This document shows positions 28,458 to 34,429 of a stretch of DNA of 34,429 nt, in pieces. The DNA is from Actinomycetota bacterium (GTDB lineage: Bacteria > Actinomycetota > UBA4738 > HRBIN12). The position numbers and the translations under genes are program-made. The notes beneath the pieces are model-generated. The model ran no database searches and had not been told where the DNA came from. It saw only the letters and a program-made list of their open reading frames with translations. Within the stretch, counting starts at the first letter, position 1; each line of letters begins with the position of its first letter. The DNA is taken from positions 1-34,429 of the forward strand of contig JAOUEA010000003.1 of the NCBI GenBank assembly GCA_029858935.1. Direction: 5' to 3'.

Positions 28458-29999
28458 ATGAGGATTCGCGTGGGCACGGTGCTCGGGCTCGCGTCGGCGG
28501 CAGCCGCACTCGGCGTCGCGCATCTGCTGGCCGGCCTCGTCGGCCGTGCCGAGAGCTCGCCCGTGCTCGCCGTGGGCTCGGCGACGATCGACCTCGTCCC
28601 GAGGTGGCTGAAGGAGTTCGCGATCGACACCTTCGGCACGGCCGACAAGCTCGTGCTGCTGATCGGGATCGTGGTGGTGGTCGCCGTGCTCGCCGTCGTG
28701 GTAGGCGTGGCGTCGGTCCGCCGGCCCGAGATCGGGTTCGCGAGCCTCGCGCTCGCCGGCGCGATCGGCGTGATCGCTGCCCTCTCTCGCCCGTCGGCGC
28801 AGCCGATCGATGCGCTGCCGGCGTTGGTGGGCGCCGCCGCCGGCGCGATGACGTTGAGGCTGCTGCACCGCAGGTTGTTCGGGCAGGCATCGAACACCGA
28901 GTCGGATCGGATCGCGCCGACGTCGCTCGATGGTGTCTCGAGGCGCCGGTTCCTCGCGGGCGGGGCGGTGGCGCTCGGCGTCGCGGCCGCCGCCGGCGTT
29001 ACGGGGCAGTTCCTGTCGCGACGGTCGCAGGCGGTGGCGTCGAGAGCACGTGTCGGTGTTCCTTCGACCGTGGCATCGGCCGCGCCGGTGCCCGCCGGTG
29101 CCGAGCTCGGCATCGACGGCCTCAGCCCCTTCACCACGCCCAACGCGGACTTCTACCGCATCGACACTGCCCTGCTCGTGCCGACGATGACGGCAGAAGA
29201 GTGGCGGCTGCGCGTGCACGGCATGGTCGACCAGGAGCTGACGATCGACTTCGAGCAGCTGCAGGCGCGGCCGCTGATCGAGCGCGACGTGACCTTGGCG
29301 TGCGTCTCCAACGAGGTTGGCGGCGACCTGATCGGCAACGCACGCTGGGTGGGGGCGCCGATCGCCGACGTGCTCGCCGATGTGGGCGTCGACCCCGCGG
29401 CCACCCAACTCGTCTCCACGTCGGTCGACGGCTTCACGGTCGGCACTCCTGTCTCGGCGCTGACCGACGGGCGCGACGCGATGCTCGCGTTCGCCATGAA
29501 CGGTGAGCCACTTCCGATCGAGCACGGGTTCCCGGTCCGCATGGTCGTGCCCGGTCTGTACGGGTACGTCTCTGCGACGAAATGGGTCGTCGACTTCGAG
29601 CTGACGACGTTCGAGGCGTTCGACCCCTACTGGGTCAGGCGCGGATGGGCCGAGCAGGCTCCCATCAAGACGCAGTCGCGCATCGACACGCCGCGGTCGG
29701 GGGGTCAGGTGCAGGCTGGTGAGGTCGTGGTCGCCGGCATGGCTTGGGCTCAGCACGTCGGCATCGCGAGGGTCGAGGTGCGCGCCGACGACGGCGAGTG
29801 GGCCGAGGCTGAACTCGCCGAGGAAGACACGATCGATACATGGCGCCAGTGGAAGCTCACGATCCGACTCGGGCGAGGCGCCCGCCGTCTGCAGGTGCGA
29901 GCCACCGACGCCGAGGGCGTCACGCAGCCCGAGTCGCGAGCCGAGCCGTTCCCCGATGGTGCGGCGGGGTGGCACAGCGTGCTGATCGACGTCGCATAG
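28458..29999 (+). CDS. Membrane-anchored molybdopterin-dependent oxidoreductase (sulfite oxidase family)
   Basis: TPNADFYRIDTAL, LACVSN.VGG.LIGNARW, EHGFPVRMVVPGLYGYVSATKW, YWVRRGW, IKTQSRID. N-terminal TMs and an internal SRRRFL. Confidence 0.93.
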   Translation: MRIRVGTVLGLASAAAALGVAHLLAGLVGRAESSPVLAVGSATIDLVPRWLKEFAIDTFGTADKLVLLIGIVVVVAVLAVVVGVASVRRPEIGFASLALAGAIGVIAALSRPSAQPIDALPALVGAAAGAMTLRLLHRRLFGQASNTESDRIAPTSLDGVSRRRFLAGGAVALGVAAAAGVTGQFLSRRSQAVASRARVGVPSTVASAAPVPAGAELGIDGLSPFTTPNADFYRIDTALLVPTMTAEEWRLRVHGMVDQELTIDFEQLQARPLIERDVTLACVSNEVGGDLIGNARWVGAPIADVLADVGVDPAATQLVSTSVDGFTVGTPVSALTDGRDAMLAFAMNGEPLPIEHGFPVRMVVPGLYGYVSATKWVVDFELTTFEAFDPYWVRRGWAEQAPIKTQSRIDTPRSGGQVQAGEVVVAGMAWAQHVGIARVEVRADDGEWAEAELAEEDTIDTWRQWKLTIRLGRGARRLQVRATDAEGVTQPESRAEPFPDGAAGWHSVLIDVA

Positions 30000-30076
30000 C
30001 AGGGGCAGGGGGGAGCTCGCGGTTTCCGGTCGACGTCATGGCCGATGCGACGCCCCTCGCAGCCGCAGGTGGCGGC

Positions 30077-31099
30077 TCACGGGGTGGAGAACCCCGCGCG
30101 CACTCCGAGCAAGCGCACCGGCCGGTCGAGGTCGAACTTCGCGAGCGCTGTCCGGGCTCCCTCGACGACGCGGTCGGCATCGATCGTGGGCTCGCCGAGT
30201 CCCACCCCGTGGGTCGACGTGAAGAAGGGTGCGAACCGCACCTTCACGGTGACGTGCGCGACGAGCCTGCCCTCAGGCAGGTCGGCGACGAGCTCGCGCG
30301 TGATGCGATCGACCTCCCGCGCGACCTCGTTCGCGTCGGTCAAGTTCGTCTGGAACGTGTGCTCGCGGCTCTGCCCCCGCGGCACGTACGGCTCCGCGGT
30401 GACCTCGCCGTCGTCCTCACCCGTGCCGAGCCGGCGGATCCACGGACCCGTGTTCGGCCCGAAACGCGATGCGAGGACCTCTTCGTCGGTGCCCGCGAGC
30501 TCGTCGACCGTGGCGATGCCCATCGCCTGGAGTTTGGCCGCGGTCTTCTTCCCGATGCCCCACAGGGCATCGACCGGCCGCGGGCCCATGACGGCCGGCC
30601 ACTCCTCGCGCGTGAGCCGGAACGCACCCCGTGGCTTCGCGAACGCGCTCGCCAACTTCGCGCGGTGCTTCGAATCGCCGATCCCGATCGAGCACCACAG
30701 GTCGGTACGTTCCAGCACGGCGTGCTGCACCTCGCGAGCGAGCGTCTCGGGCTGTTCGGTCTCGACGGCCATGAACGCCTCATCCCACCCGAGGACCTGC
30801 ACGACCGCCGGGAACGATCGCAGCGTGTCCATCACACGGGCGCTGGCCTCGAGGTAATGGTCGGCGTCGACGGCGAGGAACACGCCGTCGGGGCATCGCT
30901 TCAAGGCGGTGCGCAGCGGCATGCCGGAGCGCACGCCGAACTCCCGCGCCGCGTACGATGCGGTGGAGACGACGCCGCGCTTCGTCGGGTCGCCGTCACC
31001 CCCGACGATCACTGGCACGTCGCGCAGCTCGGGGCGTCGCAGCACTTCGACCGCCGCGATGAACTCGTCCATGTCGACGTGGAAGATCCAGCGCGTCAC
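30077..31099 (-). CDS. dinB: DNA polymerase IV (Y family), DinB2-like
   Basis: HVDMDEFIAAVE, STASYAAREFGVRSGM, GWDEAF, AKLAS and LWGIG. The GTG at 31099 overlaps the upstream stop (GTGA). Confidence 0.95.
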   Translation of the reverse strand: MTRWIFHVDMDEFIAAVEVLRRPELRDVPVIVGGDGDPTKRGVVSTASYAAREFGVRSGMPLRTALKRCPDGVFLAVDADHYLEASARVMDTLRSFPAVVQVLGWDEAFMAVETEQPETLAREVQHAVLERTDLWCSIGIGDSKHRAKLASAFAKPRGAFRLTREEWPAVMGPRPVDALWGIGKKTAAKLQAMGIATVDELAGTDEEVLASRFGPNTGPWIRRLGTGEDDGEVTAEPYVPRGQSREHTFQTNLTDANEVAREVDRITRELVADLPEGRLVAHVTVKVRFAPFFTSTHGVGLGEPTIDADRVVEGARTALAKFDLDRPVRLLGVRAGFSTP

Positions 31100-32295
31100 G
31101 ATCGCTCGCAGAGGGCGAGCACCAACGCGTCTGAAAGCTCGGCGTACTCGTCGACCCACGGGCGCGGCCAGCTCGAAAGGCGGGCGACGACCGTCCGCGA
31201 CGGGTGGTGCACCATGACCTGCTGACCGTTGATGCCGTAGCCGGCGTAGACGCCGGCCTGGGCGTCTCGCACCCACCACTGATCGTGATAGAAGGCTCCC
31301 GCAGGAAAGTCGCCCGCCTCGGGCGACGCCGAGAAGGCGTCGACGAGTGCCTCGTCTTTGACGCGCAGCCTCTGGATCCACTCGGCGGGCACCACCTGCC
31401 GGCCGTCGATCTCGCCGGCCTGCAAGTGCATCAGTCCGAACCGAGCCAGGTCCTCCAACGTCACGCAGAATCCGCCGGATGTGAGTGGAAACCCGGCGGG
31501 TCCGAGCATGAGATCGGCGTCGTGGGCGGCGCCCATCGGTGCCCACACCTCGTCGGAAAACAGGCTGGCGAGACGCTGTCCCGTCGCGCGCTCCATGCAC
31601 CAGCCCAGCACGTCGGTCAGGATCGAGCGGTACTCGAAGTTGCCTCCATGGGCGGTGTCGTTGCGCATGTTCGAGATGTAGTCGTGGGGGGTGGGGTCGT
31701 CGGGCAGGCGGGGGAGCCACCCCAAGATCCGGAACCCCCGGTGGGACTCAGAGGTCTCGTCCTCGTAGTCGGATTCGTCGAATGCCGTACCGGAACGCAT
31801 GTCCAGCAGGTGCTGCATCGAGCACCCCTCCCAGCAGGTTCCGCGCAGCTCCTCGATGTAGTCGGGCACCGTCGCGTCGAGCGTGAAGCGTCCCGAGCCG
31901 ACCAGCACGCCCGTCAAGGTGGCCGCCAGCGACTTCGAGACCGACTGGGTGATGTGGCTCATCGAGGTCGTCATGCCGTCGACGTAGTGCTCGAACACGA
32001 CGACACCGTCTCGGACGATCATCAAGCCGTCGACGAAGGTTCGTTCCATCGTCTCGCCGATCGTGTGTTCGCGGCCGCGATGACGGAACGAGAACCCCGA
32101 CAGATCGCGTTCCCGTCGCGGCAGCGGCGACACGGTCGTTCCGCGGGCCACTCGGGCGGTCGGCGCGAGCTCGCGCGTGTGCAGGAACGACCAGCGCTGA
32201 TAAGGCGCCTTGTCCCAGTTCGACCAGGTCACGACCTTCGCTGGTGGAGGCGGGGAGCCCGACATCAGCCCCAGGTCGAGCCAGCTCTCAGGCAT
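31096..32295 (-). CDS. Serine hydrolase, beta-lactamase-related (NylB/6-aminohexanoate-dimer hydrolase-like)
   Basis: SxxK (SVSK), LLDMRSG, FEYRS, Y...WW and GINGQ; N-terminal WDKAPYQRWSF. Confidence 0.88.
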   Translation of the reverse strand: MPESWLDLGLMSGSPPPPAKVVTWSNWDKAPYQRWSFLHTRELAPTARVARGTTVSPLPRRERDLSGFSFRHRGREHTIGETMERTFVDGLMIVRDGVVVFEHYVDGMTTSMSHITQSVSKSLAATLTGVLVGSGRFTLDATVPDYIEELRGTCWEGCSMQHLLDMRSGTAFDESDYEDETSESHRGFRILGWLPRLPDDPTPHDYISNMRNDTAHGGNFEYRSILTDVLGWCMERATGQRLASLFSDEVWAPMGAAHDADLMLGPAGFPLTSGGFCVTLEDLARFGLMHLQAGEIDGRQVVPAEWIQRLRVKDEALVDAFSASPEAGDFPAGAFYHDQWWVRDAQAGVYAGYGINGQQVMVHHPSRTVVARLSSWPRPWVDEYAELSDALVLALCERS

Positions 32296-32308
32296 GTGGC
32301 AACGGCCG

Positions 32309-33088
32309 CTACGGCACAGGCACGAAATCGTCGAGGAACGAGCGCGTGTCGTCGATGTCGGTCCGGTAGTAGAAGCCGCTGGACTTGCAGTTGGGGTCGT
32401 TCCCGAACGACGTGATGCCGATCACGATGTTGGTGTCGTTGAGGAAGATCGGCCCGCCCGAATCGCCGAAGCACGTGCCCCCCGACCAGATCGCGTTCGC
32501 GTTGCCCGACGTTTGGATGTTGAATCCGTCGACCACGGCGTTGTGAAGGTTCTGGATCACCACCTCGGCCTTGTACCGGGCCCGGATCACCACGCTGTCG
32601 GGCCTGACCTCCTGGCGCCCGTATCCGACGACCGCGAAGCGTTCGCTGTAGATGCCCATGACGTTCGACAGGCTGTCGACGATGCCGGCGTGCGGCAGTA
32701 CCCCGTACTTCTTCATCTTCACCGACTTCGAGAGCACCACGACACCGACGTCGTGCGTCTCGGGTGGGGCGAAGAGCACGTCGTCGTACAGTGGATGGAC
32801 GAAGGGAGTGCCGGGAACTCCACCCGTCGCCAGGTCCGGCACGCTCTCATCGAACCAGACCCGGGCCGAGACCTTCCCGAAGGTGCAATGGGCGGCCGTG
32901 AGGACCACTCGCGACGAGATCAGCGTGCCGCTGCAACGGGTTCGCGTGCCGTCGGCACGGGTGAACAGGATCATGCCCACGTACGGATGTGCCCCATCAT
33001 CGGGAGCGCCGTTCGTGATCGCCTCGGCCGGCAGGGCCGCCAAGAGCGTCGCCATCGCGACAACCGTTGCCAGAGCCATCCGTCGCAC
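32309..33088 (-). CDS. Secreted trypsin-fold (S1) serine protease
   Basis: Signal peptide ending AEA-ITNG; catalytic triad motifs LTAAHC, HDVGV and GDSGGP; AAAGGA SD. Confidence 0.93.
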   Translation of the reverse strand: MRRMALATVVAMATLLAALPAEAITNGAPDDGAHPYVGMILFTRADGTRTRCSGTLISSRVVLTAAHCTFGKVSARVWFDESVPDLATGGVPGTPFVHPLYDDVLFAPPETHDVGVVVLSKSVKMKKYGVLPHAGIVDSLSNVMGIYSERFAVVGYGRQEVRPDSVVIRARYKAEVVIQNLHNAVVDGFNIQTSGNANAIWSGGTCFGDSGGPIFLNDTNIVIGITSFGNDPNCKSSGFYYRTDIDDTRSFLDDFVPVP

Positions 33089-33156
33089 GGGTCGTCCTTT
33101 CGTCGGGGGCGGGTGCGAACGTAGCCGCGCTTCGAGGAGCCGTCAATCCGCCGCGG

Positions 33157-33663
33157 TCAATGACTCCGGGACGCTCGCTGCTGTCGAGCGAGGAGTTCTC
33201 GTAGCGCCGGCAGCACCGCGCGATCGCGGGCGCGCCCCGTGGCTTCCTTCGAGCGGATCACGTCGGCGAGCGATGCCACCGGCACCGTGACGCCCCGCAC
33301 GGTCATCGCTTCGGCGTCGCGCTCGAGATCGCGGTAGCCCTGAGTCCCGCTCGGCACGAACGAGATGTCGAGGTCGCCGAGCGCTGTCACGAGGTTCCAG
33401 ACCGCAACGCGGCGGAGCGAGTCTGCGGAGTGGTCGAACGGCACCCCGTCGGGCTCGCCGGACACCCTGATCCTCGCATCGAGCTCGTGCAGCGCGCGCG
33501 AGAGGCGGGCGAGGTTCTCGCGGCCGTCCTCGGGCACCACGTCGACGTCGGTGGTCAGATGTGCCGCACCGTGCAGCACGGCCGCGAGCCCGCCCACGAG
33601 CACGTAGCGCACCCCATGGCGGTCCAGCACGGCCATGATCTCTTGAGGGCGGAACTCAGGCAT
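33157..33663 (-). CDS. Nucleotidyltransferase-fold protein (putative toxin/partner of the XRE protein)
   Basis: VLVGGLAAVLHG....TTDVD (GG...DxD), GDLD, and C-terminal SK...GR.RD pattern. Confidence 0.8.
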   Translation of the reverse strand: MPEFRPQEIMAVLDRHGVRYVLVGGLAAVLHGAAHLTTDVDVVPEDGRENLARLSRALHELDARIRVSGEPDGVPFDHSADSLRRVAVWNLVTALGDLDISFVPSGTQGYRDLERDAEAMTVRGVTVPVASLADVIRSKEATGRARDRAVLPALRELLARQQRASRSH

Positions 33664-33973
33664 CGCCGTGCGCCTCCCGTGCGAGCTCCACGCCCGCGAT
33701 CAGTCGATCGAGTCTCGAATCGGGATCGAGCTGGGCCCCTTGTTCCGCGAGCGTCCACGCATCCTCGTCGAGGGGAACGACATGGATCTCGAGGTCGAAG
33801 CCGCAGGCGCGCACCAGCTCGAGGACGCGCTCGAAGGCCGGCTCCACGTGTCCGCTCTCGATCCGAGCCACCAGCGGCTGCGAAACTCCGGCGCGGGACG
33901 CGAGCGCGCGCTGCGTGAGGCCGGCCCTCAGCCGAGCTTCGCGAACGAACTGTGCTGCATGCATCGTCGCCAT
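33656..33973 (-). CDS. XRE-family helix-turn-helix protein
   Basis: REARLRAGLTQRALASRAGVSQPLVARIESG; 8-nt overlap with the nucleotidyltransferase gene. Confidence 0.88.
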   Translation of the reverse strand: MATMHAAQFVREARLRAGLTQRALASRAGVSQPLVARIESGHVEPAFERVLELVRACGFDLEIHVVPLDEDAWTLAEQGAQLDPDSRLDRLIAGVELAREAHGDA

Positions 33974-33981
33974 GATATCCC

Positions 33982-34080
33982 TTACGCATCGGCATGATGC
34001 GCATTACGCATGAGTGTGATGCGTGGTGCGCATCACAGTGTCCTACGAACTTCCGTTAGGCTCGCGATGACGCGTGGTGC
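33982..34080. promoter_or_regulatory. Operator-like array of CGCAT/ATGCG repeats in a divergent promoter region
   Basis: CGCATC-n5-GATGCG (33985-34001); TGTGATGCG-n5-CGCATCACA (34015-34037); TTACGCAT twice (33982, 34004); TGA(T/C)GCGTGGTGC twice (34017, 34068). Confidence 0.55.
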
Positions 34081-34105
34081 CATGAAGAGCCGGAAGGAGG
34101 CGGTC

Positions 34106-34288
34106 ATGTGCTTGACGTGCGGCTGCATGCAAGCCCACCTGCAGATGGGTGAGCACAACATCAGGTTCGAGGACGTGAAGGCTGCGGCCGAGGAGAACGG
34201 ACGCTCCGTGGCCGAGACGATCGAGATCATCGACAAGACGTGGGCCCAGGATCGCGCGGACCACCCCCAGGAGTACGCGGCCCAGTAG
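34106..34288 (+). CDS. Small 60-aa protein with N-terminal CxxCGC motif
   Basis: AAGGAGG SD before the ATG at 34106; MCLTCGCMQAH...H; GC3-rich codons. Confidence 0.8.
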   Translation: MCLTCGCMQAHLQMGEHNIRFEDVKAAAEENGRSVAETIEIIDKTWAQDRADHPQEYAAQ

Positions 34289-34335
34289 TCCACGCTGGAC
34301 TACTATGCGCGCGGGCCGCCCGAGCCCGCCGGATC

Positions 34336-34428
34336 TCACACGTCGTAATACAGGCCGAACTCGTACGGGTGAGGGCGGAGTGCCACCGCGTCATGTTCCT
34401 CGAGGCGCTTGTACTCGATCCAGGTGTC
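34336..34428 (-). CDS. glnA: Glutamine synthetase type I beta (GlnA1), C-terminal fragment; gene continues beyond the window
   Basis: Translates as [30 protein letters not shown], the characteristic GSI-beta C-terminus. Missed by the ORF track. Confidence 0.9.
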   Translation of the reverse strand, partial: DTWIEYKRLEEHDAVALRPHPYEFGLYYDV

Positions 34429-34429
34429 G

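Noticed and set aside
31100-31720. Apparent N-terminal fusion on dinB (547-aa ORF)
   Set aside because: Alternative frame inside the hydrolase gene; the true start is the GTG at 31099.
34015-34037. TGTGA...TCACA as a CRP site
   Set aside because: The spacer is 13 nt rather than 6; treated instead as part of the CGCAT operator array.
1-34429. CRISPR array, rRNA, integrase or intact IS
   Set aside because: No regularly spaced repeats, rRNA-like sequence or intact recombinase/transposase ORF was seen.

Overview
High-GC actinobacterial-type chromosomal window. Its backbone is the nitrogen-assimilation neighbourhood: the 3' end of a GSI-beta glnA at the right edge, then glnE, a second GSI-alpha-type glnA and nadE. 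A complete leucine/isovalerate catabolism cluster (ivd, MCC beta, hydratase, MCC alpha, HMG-CoA lyase) and a Rid gene lie between glnE and the second glnA. Further accessory genes lie between glnE and the edge glnA: SDR, mscL, a membrane protein, a secreted beta-propeller, a membrane Mo-oxidoreductase, a DinB2-like Pol IV, a NylB-like hydrolase, a secreted S1 protease, an XRE/nucleotidyltransferase pair and a small CxxCGC protein. Three tRNAs (Lys-TTT, Glu-TTC, Asp-GTC) are on the minus strand at 8.4-9.5 kb. Left of them is an accessory block with an FeS-type cryptochrome/photolyase, a stand-alone SdhA/FrdA-like flavoprotein, an SDR, an SRPBCC protein, decayed DNA, an orphan histidine kinase and a probable transposase remnant. 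The best candidates for undescribed biology are the photolyase/orphan-flavoprotein module and the XRE-nucleotidyltransferase pair with its operator-like repeat array. All calls come from motif recognition by eye; no database searches were run.
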